From contig JAHECL010000001.1 in assembly GCA_024641745.1 (NCBI GenBank), positions 29,846-93,845 of the forward strand: 64,000 nt of DNA. The letters are read 5' to 3'. The translations under genes were made by a program, and so were the position numbers. This stretch comes from Gemmatimonadota bacterium. GTDB taxonomy: Bacteria; Gemmatimonadota; Gemmatimonadetes; Gemmatimonadales; GWC2-71-9. This document shows positions 51,555 to 60,123 of the stretch, one piece after another; position 1 is the stretch's first letter, and the number at the start of each line of letters is the position of its first letter. Below the pieces are notes generated by a model that saw only the letters and a list, made by a program, of their open reading frames with translations, was not told where the DNA came from and searched no databases.

Positions 51555-53237
51555 TCAGCCGCCTTTGCGGACCGCGAGGACCAGGGCGATCACGAAGAAC
51601 GGCACATACAGCAACCACGCCTGCGGACCCACGAAGCCGAGGATGATGGCGCCGGCCACCAGGGAAAATCCCGCGATGAGCGTTCCGCGCAGCCCCGCGA
51701 AGGGGTTCTCGCTGCTTCGCTTCGCGGTCTTCTCCATGACCCGCAGCCCTTCGGTGATGAGGAGCGGCATCTTGACCAGGGCATCCACAAGGTCGGGCGC
51801 GCCCCGGAGCCCTTCCTGTGCCAGCCGCACCGGGCTGAACTGCTGGATGAACACCCGGCGGACGTGCCGCTTCGACACGTCGGCCACGTCGAACCCCGGC
51901 AGGAGGATCTGCCCCACGCCCTCGAAGGTGACCAGCGCCTTCACCATCAGCACCATCTCCACCGGAAAGAACATCCGATACTGGGCGCCGCGGCTCACCG
52001 ACTCCAGGATGAGCTGCCCGAGGGAGAAGCTGTCGAAATTCGCGTTGCGGCGCCAGCGGCTCGAGACCTCGGCGACGTCGCGCCGGAAGCCGGCCGGATC
52101 GCCCCCGCGCCCCGGTTCGGCGGCGGCCGAGAGGTACCGCGCCGCATTCTCGGCGTCTCCCATCACCAGGGCGTAGTAATAGTAGAGCAGGGTGCGCCGC
52201 AGTTCGTCGTGCATCCGCCCCACCATCCCGAGGTCGATGAACCCCGCCTTGGGGCCCGGCAGCACGATCAGGTTGCCGGGGTGCAGGTCGGCGTGGAAGA
52301 AGCCGTCCTTGTAGATCATCCGGATGATCGCCTCGGCGCCGAGGTCGACCAGCTTCTCGCGGTCTTCCAGCGACATCGCCTGCACCTTGGCCGAGTCCGG
52401 CCGCCGGCCGTCGAAGAATTCCATCGTGAGGACGCGTTCGCCGCTGAACTCACGATAGATCTTCGGGAAGACGATGCCTGGCTCATCGACGAAGTTGGCC
52501 GCGAAGGTCTCCGCATTGTCGGCTTCCCGCCGCAGGTCCACCTCGCGCAGGGTGTATTCGGAAAACTCCCGGATGATCCGCTTGGGGCCGAACCGGGGGA
52601 AGGCGATTTCGAGGACCCAGCCGGCCATCGACAGCAGCCTGGCGTCCCGCCGGAGGATGGCGGGGATGCCCGGCTTGACGGCCTTGATGATGACGGGGTC
52701 GCCGTCCCGGGTGGTCGCGCGGTGCACCTGCCCGATGGAGGCGGACCCGAGCGGCACCTCGTCGATGCCCAGGAACATCTCGTCGAGCGGCCGGCCGAGA
52801 TTTCGGGTGATCAGCTCGCAGAAGACCGGAAAGGGCACCGCCGGCAGCGTGCTCAGGAGGTGCTTGAGCTCCTCGGTGATCGGCTTCGGGAGGATGTCTT
52901 CCCGGAGGCTGAGGATCTGTCCGAGCTTGATGTAGGTGGGGCCCAGGCGCTCGAGCCGCCGGCGGAGCTGCACGGGGAAGGGGAGGTCGCGCAGGCTCCG
53001 GTCGAGGAAGGGCCGGGTGAAGAAGTTGAGCAGCCGCTCCAGCGCGTACCCGAGGCCGCGTCCCCGGAGGGTGCCACGCCGCCCCTCCACGTCGACCGCG
53101 AGCGCGCCGAACACCAGCCCGAAGAGGTGGCGCTGGGTCGTCAGGAACCGCCGGAAGAGGCTCTGCCGTGGCAGGGCCTGGTACACCTCGAAGGTGACGG
53201 CGGCGTCTGGGGCGTCCGCGACGGTGGATGGCGGCAT
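51555..53237 (-). CDS. ABC1/UbiB-family atypical kinase
   Basis: KLGQILSLRED, PLGSASIGQVHRA, FFHADLHPGNLIV and IDLGMVG. Two C-terminal TM helices. Confidence 0.85.
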   Translation of the reverse strand: MPPSTVADAPDAAVTFEVYQALPRQSLFRRFLTTQRHLFGLVFGALAVDVEGRRGTLRGRGLGYALERLLNFFTRPFLDRSLRDLPFPVQLRRRLERLGPTYIKLGQILSLREDILPKPITEELKHLLSTLPAVPFPVFCELITRNLGRPLDEMFLGIDEVPLGSASIGQVHRATTRDGDPVIIKAVKPGIPAILRRDARLLSMAGWVLEIAFPRFGPKRIIREFSEYTLREVDLRREADNAETFAANFVDEPGIVFPKIYREFSGERVLTMEFFDGRRPDSAKVQAMSLEDREKLVDLGAEAIIRMIYKDGFFHADLHPGNLIVLPGPKAGFIDLGMVGRMHDELRRTLLYYYYALVMGDAENAARYLSAAAEPGRGGDPAGFRRDVAEVSSRWRRNANFDSFSLGQLILESVSRGAQYRMFFPVEMVLMVKALVTFEGVGQILLPGFDVADVSKRHVRRVFIQQFSPVRLAQEGLRGAPDLVDALVKMPLLITEGLRVMEKTAKRSSENPFAGLRGTLIAGFSLVAGAIILGFVGPQAWLLYVPFFVIALVLAVRKGG

Positions 53238-53270
53238 CAGGGTCTAATAACCCGCTTCACGAGGGAGAGG

Positions 53271-54800
53271 TCAAGAGGCGGGCGGCTCCGGCAGTTCACG
53301 GGCATAGGCCGGGAAGCGGAATCGCATTTCGGGTCCCAGGATGCCGCCGTGGCCGAGCGCGGCGACCGAGCCGGGGGAGAGCCGCTCCCCGGCCATGATC
53401 CGCGGGAGGAGGAGGTCGGCGGCGGTCGCAAGTCCGAAGGCGCCGCAGCGCGGGAGGCCGAGGAGCTGGGTGTCGCCAAGGCGCGCCAGCCAGAGCATCG
53501 ACCCGGGGTGTGCCGGCACGCCGCGGCGGAAGAGCTCGCCGCCCAGCGACTGCAGCGCGGTGAAGAACGGGGCGAGGGGATCCCCCGCGGAAACGCCGCC
53601 GATCAGGAGGACCCCTGCCCGCCGTCGCACCGCGAGTTCCTCCAGCGCCTCGCGGGCGAGTGCCGCGGCGTCGTCCGGGGAGGGGGCGTCCGTCGCCCTG
53701 ACCCCGAGGAAGCTCCCGCCCAGCGATTCGGCGCGCAGGCGCGACGCGACCTCGAACCGCTCCAGGGCCTCGGGAGCAAGCGCCTCGGTCGCGACGGCGG
53801 CGACACCCAGGCCGGCGTAGGGTCGCACCGCCACCAGGGGGGCGTGGGCCGTCGCCTGCCGGGCGCCCTCGGCCACCGCCGCCTCGGCCACCACGTGGGG
53901 GGCGACCTTGATGCAGGCGACGACCTCCCCTTCCTCCACCGGCTGGTGGTTCCAGCGGGTGAAGAGTTCCAGCGGATCGATGGCGTTGACCGCGTCGATG
54001 CCGGGAAGGGAGAGGGCGAGCACCCCGCGACCGCCGGCGACCAGGTCGACCCGGCCCTGCGTGCCGGCTCGGACGTGGGTGCCGGGCCCCGCGGCGGCGG
54101 CGGCGAGCCGGTGCGCGGCATCGGCCTCGTGCAGTTCGTGCCGGCCGACCCAGGCAAGCCGCACCGGCTCCGGCAGCGCACCGCCGGCCGCCGCGTCGCG
54201 CAGCATCCCGGCCTCGACCGCGTCGAGCCGGTGCCCCTTCGGGAGGCGTCGGTCGGCGAGGGTGACCCCGCCGAGGAGGACGGCGCCCGGCAGCGTGTCC
54301 GGCGGGATGGAGAGCAGGCCGGCGGCGTCGAGCCGGTAGGCGCCGCTGGGTGGCGCCGCGGCGAGCGTCGTGGCGACGTTGGCCCAGAACCGTTCGGTGA
54401 ACTGCCGCAGCGTCTCCTCGACCATCCCGCGGCCGAATCCCGCGAGCATGCCGTGGACGGCGGTCACCGAACTCCATTCGAGCCGGGTGCGGTCGGCGTC
54501 GATCAACTCGAGACGCACCAGCGTCTCGACATCCAGCGTCGAACCGGGGGCGGTGCCGGTGGCCCGCAGGCGGAGGCGCTCGGGGTGATGCAGGTCGTGC
54601 AGCTCCGCCTCCAGCACGACGTGCACCCGGACCAGTCCGGAGCCGACGCTGCACTTCACCGAGTACCGTCCCGGCCCCCGGACAGTGAAGGACTCCGCCC
54701 CCGGCGTGCAGGCCGCCATCGTTTCCCCGTCCTGCAGGTGCCGCCAGACTGCCTCTCGCGGGGAGGTGAGTTCGGGGGATCCGCCAAATTCGAAGATCAT
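53271..54800 (-). CDS. Fusion protein: CoxG/SRPBCC domain + MoeA-like molybdopterin-binding domain
   Basis: The track ORF is trimmed to the ATG at 54800 (MIFEFGGSPEL), which overlaps the mocA-like stop (ATGA). The N-terminal ~140 aa is CoxG-like. The C-terminal LLIGGVSAGDPLAPFF...FRRGVPAHPGSMLWLARLGDTQLLGLPRCG resembles the MoeA/MoCF-binding domain. Confidence 0.65.
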   Translation of the reverse strand: MIFEFGGSPELTSPREAVWRHLQDGETMAACTPGAESFTVRGPGRYSVKCSVGSGLVRVHVVLEAELHDLHHPERLRLRATGTAPGSTLDVETLVRLELIDADRTRLEWSSVTAVHGMLAGFGRGMVEETLRQFTERFWANVATTLAAAPPSGAYRLDAAGLLSIPPDTLPGAVLLGGVTLADRRLPKGHRLDAVEAGMLRDAAAGGALPEPVRLAWVGRHELHEADAAHRLAAAAAGPGTHVRAGTQGRVDLVAGGRGVLALSLPGIDAVNAIDPLELFTRWNHQPVEEGEVVACIKVAPHVVAEAAVAEGARQATAHAPLVAVRPYAGLGVAAVATEALAPEALERFEVASRLRAESLGGSFLGVRATDAPSPDDAAALAREALEELAVRRRAGVLLIGGVSAGDPLAPFFTALQSLGGELFRRGVPAHPGSMLWLARLGDTQLLGLPRCGAFGLATAADLLLPRIMAGERLSPGSVAALGHGGILGPEMRFRFPAYARELPEPPAS

Positions 54801-55411
54801 GAGCCGGGGCGATCCAGGTCGGCGAGGTCCACCGGCGTGTCCACGTCGGGGTTGGCGCCGTCGACGTCGACGTGGACGACCAGATCGCGCGCGGCGGCGA
54901 GCGCCGCCCCGAGCCCCCGGTCGCCGTCGAGTCGCTGGGCCAGACCCCAGGCGTCCCGGTCGAGCAGCACGGGATGGCCCGGCTCCAGGGGGGCCGCCGT
55001 GTAGCGGGGCCTGACCACCGCGCCACCCCCGAGCTGCCAGGCACGGATCACTTCTTCGGCGGCGTCCACCGGGACCGCAGGCTGGTCGGCGAGGAAGAGC
55101 AACACGCCGTCCGGCTGGGGAGAAAGACCCGCGAGCGACGCCAGGCCGAGCCGGAGGGAGTGGGACAGCCCGAGCTCGGGTTGCCGGTTCGGTACCACGC
55201 GCAGCCCCGCCTGCCGGCACAGCCCATCCACGCCATCATCGCCCGCCCGTACCACCGCCGCCGTCCCGGCGAGGAGGCCGCGCTCGCGGAGCGCCGCGAT
55301 CGTGTCGATCGCGTGGCTGACCAGGGGACGGCCGCGCCAGCGGGCCAGCAGCTTGTGGCTGCCGAACCGGGTGCCGGATCCGGCGGCGAGGAGGAGCGCA
55401 TGCGGGAGCAT
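54797..55411 (-). CDS. mocA: MobA-like nucleotidyltransferase (molybdenum cofactor cytidylyltransferase MocA-like)
   Basis: LLLAAGSGTRFG...HKLL and the LADQP motif. Start chosen at the ATG at 55411 (MLPHALLLAAG). Confidence 0.8.
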   Translation of the reverse strand: MLPHALLLAAGSGTRFGSHKLLARWRGRPLVSHAIDTIAALRERGLLAGTAAVVRAGDDGVDGLCRQAGLRVVPNRQPELGLSHSLRLGLASLAGLSPQPDGVLLFLADQPAVPVDAAEEVIRAWQLGGGAVVRPRYTAAPLEPGHPVLLDRDAWGLAQRLDGDRGLGAALAAARDLVVHVDVDGANPDVDTPVDLADLDRPGS

Positions 55412-55453
55412 GGCGGGAAGGATACCCCGAACCCGCGCCATTCGGCGCGGGTC

Positions 55454-56482
55454 CTACCGGAGGATCAGGTAGGTGATCGCGGCGATGGCCGCGCTCATCG
55501 GGATGGTGAGGACCCAGGCCCAGACGATGGTGCCCGCCACTCCCCAGCGCACCGCGCTCAGCCGGCTGGCCGAGCCGACGCCGACGATCGCGCCGGTGAT
55601 GGTATGGGTGGTACTGACGGGGATGCCCATCGACGAGGCGATCATGACGGAGATGCCGCCCGCGGTCTCGGCACAGAAACCGCCGAAGGGGCGGAGCTTG
55701 GTGATGCGGGTGCCCATCGTCTTGACGATCCGCCACCCGCCCATCGCCGTGCCGAGCGCAATCGCCGAATACGCGGCCATCTCGACCCAGAGCGGGATGG
55801 TGTCGGCGTTGGGGACGTACAGGATGTGGAGCAGCCCGGTCTGTTCCATGAAGAGCGCCTGGGTGGCCACCAGCAGTCCGACGATGATGCCCATCGTCTT
55901 CTGCGCGTCGTTGGCGCCGTGGCTCAGGGAGTAGAGCGCCGCCGACACGAGCTGCAATCGCCTGAACAGCTTGTCCATCGGGCCGGGACTTTGGCCACGA
56001 AGGGCCCATGACAGGATCACCGTCAGCCCGAGTCCCAGCGCCATGCCGAGCATCGGGGAGATCACGATGAAGAGGATCGGCTTGATCCAGCCGCTGACGA
56101 TGAGCGCGCCGGCGCCGGCCTTGGCGACCGCGGCGCCGCCGTATCCCCCGAGCAGGGCGTGGCTCGAGGAGCTGGGGAGACCGAGCCACCAGGTGATGAG
56201 GTTCCAGACGATGGCGCCGATGAGGGCGGCCAGCACGACGTTGGGGCCCACCGCAGACGGATCGATCAGCCCCTTGCCGATCGTCTTCGCCACGGCCGTG
56301 CCGACGATGAAGGCCGCGGCGAAATTGAAGAACGCCGCCCAGACGACCGCCACCCCGGGCGTGAGCACCCGGGTCGAGACCACCGTGGCGATGGAATTCG
56401 CGCTGTCGTGGAAGCCGTTGATGAAGTCGAAGACCAGCGCCACGCCGATGATGGCGATGACAAACCCGACCGATGGCTCCAT
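55454..56482 (-). CDS. pit: Inorganic phosphate transporter, PiT family
   Basis: INGFHDSANSIAT and SHGANDAQKTMGI are the duplicated PiT signature motifs. Confidence 0.9.
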   Translation of the reverse strand: MEPSVGFVIAIIGVALVFDFINGFHDSANSIATVVSTRVLTPGVAVVWAAFFNFAAAFIVGTAVAKTIGKGLIDPSAVGPNVVLAALIGAIVWNLITWWLGLPSSSSHALLGGYGGAAVAKAGAGALIVSGWIKPILFIVISPMLGMALGLGLTVILSWALRGQSPGPMDKLFRRLQLVSAALYSLSHGANDAQKTMGIIVGLLVATQALFMEQTGLLHILYVPNADTIPLWVEMAAYSAIALGTAMGGWRIVKTMGTRITKLRPFGGFCAETAGGISVMIASSMGIPVSTTHTITGAIVGVGSASRLSAVRWGVAGTIVWAWVLTIPMSAAIAAITYLILR

Positions 56483-56484
56483 GA

Positions 56485-57105
56485 TCAGGCGTGCTTGATG
56501 AAGATCGACTCGAGCACGTTGGCGACATCCTCGGCGTAGTCGAGGGTCTTCTCCAGCGTGTCGTAGATCTCCTTCCAGCGGATCACGAGGAGGGGGTCCG
56601 GATGGCCCTTGAACATTTCACCGAGCCAGTAGTGGTAGATCGCGTCGCCGTCTTCCTCCATGCCCTTCACGGCGATGCAGGCCTCGAGGACCTCGTTGTT
56701 CTTCGACTTGTCGAGGTGCTTCACGGCAGTCAGCAGCTGCTCGGTGGCCCCAACGATCGTCTCGGCCAGCAGGACCGCCCCCTTCGGGGCGTCGCCGGCG
56801 TGGAACACCTGCACCTTGCGGGCGCAGCCGTCCATCAGGTCCATCACGTCGTCGAGACGGGAGGCCAGGGTGTGGATGTCTTCGCGGTCGAGGGGGGTGA
56901 TGAAGGAGCGGTCGAGGCGGGTCACGACTTCATGAGTGATCAGGTCGGCCTCGTGCTCCAGCCGCTTGATCGATTCGACGATGGGAAGCCGCCGATCCAT
57001 TTCCGTGCCCAGCAGGACCTTCAGTTGCTTGGCGGCTTCGACGTTGAGGGTGGCGACCTTGGTGAAGAGGTCGAAGAACCGTTCGTCCCGCGGCAGGAGG
57101 CGCAT
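56485..57105 (-). CDS. DUF47/PhoU-like Pit accessory protein (TIGR00153 type)
   Basis: 206 aa. ERFFDLF...IKRLEHEADLITHEV...DREDI...LEKTLDYAEDVANVLE. It lies directly upstream of pit. Confidence 0.85.
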   Translation of the reverse strand: MRLLPRDERFFDLFTKVATLNVEAAKQLKVLLGTEMDRRLPIVESIKRLEHEADLITHEVVTRLDRSFITPLDREDIHTLASRLDDVMDLMDGCARKVQVFHAGDAPKGAVLLAETIVGATEQLLTAVKHLDKSKNNEVLEACIAVKGMEEDGDAIYHYWLGEMFKGHPDPLLVIRWKEIYDTLEKTLDYAEDVANVLESIFIKHA

Positions 57106-57217
57106 CGCATTATCCCGGTGAGGTTCACCTGACGAACTGCCCGGCGGGAAGATACGCTGACCGGGTTCCCGCGCAAGCAGGAAGGGAAGGGCGGAGGTCG
57201 GGTTTGGCGTTGTAAGG

Positions 57218-57865
57218 CTAGTCGCCCAAAAGGGTTAGCAATTCGGCCGGTGTTTCGAGCCAGTGGGATGGTTCTGCGGCGGCGAGGTCCGAGCGGCTGA
57301 ACGGACCCCAGAGCACGGCGCCGGTCCGGACCCCGGCGCCGCGCCCGGCGTGCATGTCGTGCAGGCTGTCCCCCACGTAGATGGTGGTGGCGGGATCGGC
57401 GCCGAGCTGGGCGACGGCGAGATCGACCGGTTCGCGATGGGGCTTGGGATTGGTCACGTCGTCGGCGCCGACCACCACATCCATCGCATCTTCGAGCCCC
57501 ACGAGGCGAAGCCCGCGGAAGGCGCCGATCCGGTTCTTGCTGGTCACCAGGCCGGTCCGGCAGCCGGCCGCGCGGACGGCGCGTACCATCTCGACCGTGC
57601 CCGGATAGGCCGTCACCCGGCTGTCGTGATGGAAGATGTTGTATTCCCGGTAGGTGGCGATCAGCGCGTCCATCTGCTCCTCGTCGTGGGCCCACTCGGC
57701 AAACTGGACCCGCAGGGGCGTGCCGATCCCGTCCAGCCATTCCTGGTCGGTCTTCGGCGGAATGCCGTGCACCGCGAGGGTGTGGTGGTAGGAGTCGATG
57801 ATGAGTCGGATCGAGTCGATCAGGGTCCCGTCGAGGTCGAACAGGACAGTCTTGAGGGATGGCAT
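57218..57865 (-). CDS. HAD-superfamily hydrolase (phosphoglycolate phosphatase / PpaX-like)
   Basis: The track ORF is trimmed to the ATG at 57865. LFDLDGTLIDS (DxDGT), VTSK and VGDSLHDMHAG. Confidence 0.85.
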   Translation of the reverse strand: MPSLKTVLFDLDGTLIDSIRLIIDSYHHTLAVHGIPPKTDQEWLDGIGTPLRVQFAEWAHDEEQMDALIATYREYNIFHHDSRVTAYPGTVEMVRAVRAAGCRTGLVTSKNRIGAFRGLRLVGLEDAMDVVVGADDVTNPKPHREPVDLAVAQLGADPATTIYVGDSLHDMHAGRGAGVRTGAVLWGPFSRSDLAAAEPSHWLETPAELLTLLGD

Positions 57866-57879
57866 GGGGCACAAAATAG

Positions 57880-57925
57880 TGGATACGCACGAGGGGCGCA
57901 CCGCGAGATGCGGTGCGCCCCTCGT
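57880..57925 (-). terminator. Putative intrinsic terminator after the lipoprotein gene
   Basis: Perfect 16-bp stem (57889-57904 and 57910-57925) with loop gagat. On the minus strand it is followed by CTATTTTGT. Confidence 0.5.
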
Positions 57926-57951
57926 CGTCGCCTGAGGCGCCCCCGTCTGCC

Positions 57952-58395
57952 TCAGGGAGCGCGCGTGGCCATGACCCACATGCTGACGGAGGAGTCGGCG
58001 TCTGCCGTCGCATAGTGGGCGACCGACGGACCCGCCAGGTTGCCGTCCGTCAGGCGCATCGACCCCGTGACCTCCACCGCCATTCCCGCGCGAAGGACAC
58101 TCTCGTACGGCCCGACGCTGGTCAGGATGCTGTCGCCCGATACGGTGATCGTCATCGGCAGGGGATTCCTGCCCGGCAGGTTCATCGTCCACCCCGCCGG
58201 GTCCGCGGAGCCGACAATGGTGAACTGCACAATGACGCTGTCGGTGCCCGCCAGGGTGGCAGTGGTATTCCACGTCCCGGCCAGGTCGGCGAGGTTGATC
58301 GCAGGCGCGGCGGCGGCGTCCGCCACCGGCGGGGCGTCCGATTTTGCGCACGCGAGGGAAAGCAGGGCACCAAGGGCCAGGGCTAGTCGACGCAT
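57952..58395 (-). CDS. Lipoprotein of unknown function (paralog A)
   Basis: Lipobox LSLACAK. 147 aa, about 60% identical by manual alignment to the ORF at 60124-60576. Confidence 0.6.
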   Translation of the reverse strand: MRRLALALGALLSLACAKSDAPPVADAAAAPAINLADLAGTWNTTATLAGTDSVIVQFTIVGSADPAGWTMNLPGRNPLPMTITVSGDSILTSVGPYESVLRAGMAVEVTGSMRLTDGNLAGPSVAHYATADADSSVSMWVMATRAP

Positions 58396-58490
58396 TCCAT
58401 CCTCCAGGGAGACTGAGGGGATTCCCGCTGCGGCACACCGGATCGCTGCCTAACCTACCCGGCGATCGGATGACGGCAACCCGGCCCCGA

Positions 58491-58589
58491 TCAGGCGCTG
58501 CCAGCCAGGTGCTGCGCCAGCCACTGCTTCGCGAGCCGGGCCACCTCCTCGAGGGAAGCGGGCAATCCGGGGTGGGCAATGGTCGACAT
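58491..58589 (-). CDS. Candidate small protein (32 aa)
   Basis: The ATG at 58589 is preceded by GGGGAGGA at 5-nt spacing. Sequence MSTIAHPGLPASLEEVARLAKQWLAQHLAGSA. It lies just downstream of the PRTase gene on the same strand. Confidence 0.3.
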   Translation of the reverse strand: MSTIAHPGLPASLEEVARLAKQWLAQHLAGSA

Positions 58590-58615
58590 GGATCCTCCCC
58601 GCGGCCGCCTCCCCT

Positions 58616-59287
58616 TCAGGCGACCGGTCCCGCCATCGAAGTCGAATGGCGGGCGGCGTCCAGCAGGTGCTGGACCTCGTCGTCGGTGGTCTGACCGAAG
58701 TCCTCGTACCACTGACCGACCCCGCCGAACTGCCGCGGGGTCAGGACGGCGACGCATTCGTCCGCCCGGCGGCTCATGGCCCGCGCCGCTTCCTCCGAGG
58801 CCACCGGGACCGCGACGATGACCCTGCGTGGGCGCTGCGCCCGGACGCCGGCGACCGCGGCGGCCATGGTCGCACCGGTGGCCAGGCCGTCGTCGATCAG
58901 CAGCACCGTCCGGTTGCGGAGGTCGGGGGCGGGGGTGTCGCCGCGATAGAGACGCTCCCGTCGCGACAGTTCCGCCAGTTCCGCGCGGGTCACGCGTTCC
59001 ACGACGGTCGGCGTGATGCCGAGCGGCTGGATCACCTCGTCGTTCAGCACCCGGACGCCGCCCTCGGCGATGGCGCCCATGGCGAGTTCCTCGCGACCCG
59101 GCACCCCCAGCTTGCGCACCAGGAACACATCGAGAGGCGCCCCGAGCGCCCGGGCGACTTCCCAGGCCACCGGGACTCCTCCGCGTGGCAGGGCGAGCAC
59201 CTGCACCGAGGGATCCCCGCCCCAGCTGCCCAGGCGGTGCGCCAACTGCCTTCCCGCCTCACGGCGGTTCCGAAAGCGTGTCAGCAT
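58616..59287 (-). CDS. Phosphoribosyltransferase-family protein (stand-alone type I PRTase fold)
   Basis: Start at the ATG at 59287 (MLTRFRNRREAG). ALPRGGVPVA and the PRPP loop VLLIDDGLATGATM. Confidence 0.8.
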   Translation of the reverse strand: MLTRFRNRREAGRQLAHRLGSWGGDPSVQVLALPRGGVPVAWEVARALGAPLDVFLVRKLGVPGREELAMGAIAEGGVRVLNDEVIQPLGITPTVVERVTRAELAELSRRERLYRGDTPAPDLRNRTVLLIDDGLATGATMAAAVAGVRAQRPRRVIVAVPVASEEAARAMSRRADECVAVLTPRQFGGVGQWYEDFGQTTDDEVQHLLDAARHSTSMAGPVA

Positions 59288-59320
59288 CGGCCCTCCTCCT
59301 TCCACGCGGCGTTGGCGGTC

Positions 59321-59767
59321 TCACACCATGAGCGGCCCCGGGGTCGAAATCCGCTCCAGGACTTCCTCCACCAGTTTCGGGTCATCGGGGCCGACCTGCC
59401 GTGCAAGGTCCGCCTGGGTCACGATGCCGACCACGCCGTCGTTCCGGTCGAGGACCGGAAGCCGCCGGACCTTGTACCGCTCCATCAGGCGGGCGATTTC
59501 ACCCAGGCTGGCATCGATGCCGACGGTCACCAGCGGGTCGCGCGTCATGTGGTCCCGGACCTGGCAGTCCACCAGGTGGTCCTCGGCGAGGCAGCGGATG
59601 ACGATATCCCGATCGGTGAGCACGCCCCGGAGCCGGCGGTGCGTGGCATCATCGACCACCGGCAGCATTCCGACGTCGAGAGTGCGCATCAGGCGGGCGG
59701 CATGAGAGATGGTATCGTCGACGTTGACCACGGTCGGGTTGGTCGTCATGAGTTCGAGGGCGTTCAT
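59321..59767 (-). CDS. CBS-pair domain protein
   Basis: ATG at 59767 with GGAGGA 6 nt upstream. Two CBS motifs (MTTNPTVVNVDDTI...GMLPVVD and MTRDPLVTVGIDASL...RRLPVLD...GIVTQADL). Confidence 0.85.
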   Translation of the reverse strand: MNALELMTTNPTVVNVDDTISHAARLMRTLDVGMLPVVDDATHRRLRGVLTDRDIVIRCLAEDHLVDCQVRDHMTRDPLVTVGIDASLGEIARLMERYKVRRLPVLDRNDGVVGIVTQADLARQVGPDDPKLVEEVLERISTPGPLMV

Positions 59768-60123
59768 GGAAGTCCTCCTGCGGTTGCGGCGCTTCCGGGA
59801 GCCGCCGTGCCCGGGCGGGATTCGACCCGGTGCCCTCACCATGCCACCGCGGTACCGAAGGGAGGGGGAAGCTGGGATGAGGTTCTCTTAAGAGAGGGAG
59901 CCGGTCCTGGCGGGCTGGATGCCGCGGCCCAGGGGCTTCGCCTGCGGGAGACAGAGCTCGGCGATGCACTGGCCCAGGCAGGGGGCAGCATGGGATCAGG
60001 AGTCGCCTCGGAGGCGGCGCGCCGGTGCCTCATCGAGGTGCTCGCGTTCGAATGGACGCGCGGAAGGGCGCACCGCGGCATCCGGCGCGCCCTCCTCGCA
60101 TCGGCCAGCGTAGCGGAAGGCTC

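Noticed and set aside
51438-55004. 1188-aa plus-strand ORF spanning the ABC1 kinase and CoxG-fusion loci
   Set aside because: It is antisense to two well-supported minus-strand genes, has Arg/Gly/Pro-dominated composition and shows no motifs.
59814-59841. tRNA/tmRNA-like 3' end: GGCGGGATTCGACCCGG...TCACCA resembles a T-loop (TTCGA) followed by a CCA end
   Set aside because: The flanking bases do not form a 5-bp T-stem (ggcgg versus cccgg are not complementary). No matching acceptor 5' strand or D/anticodon arms are found 60-75 nt upstream, where the CBS gene start lies instead.
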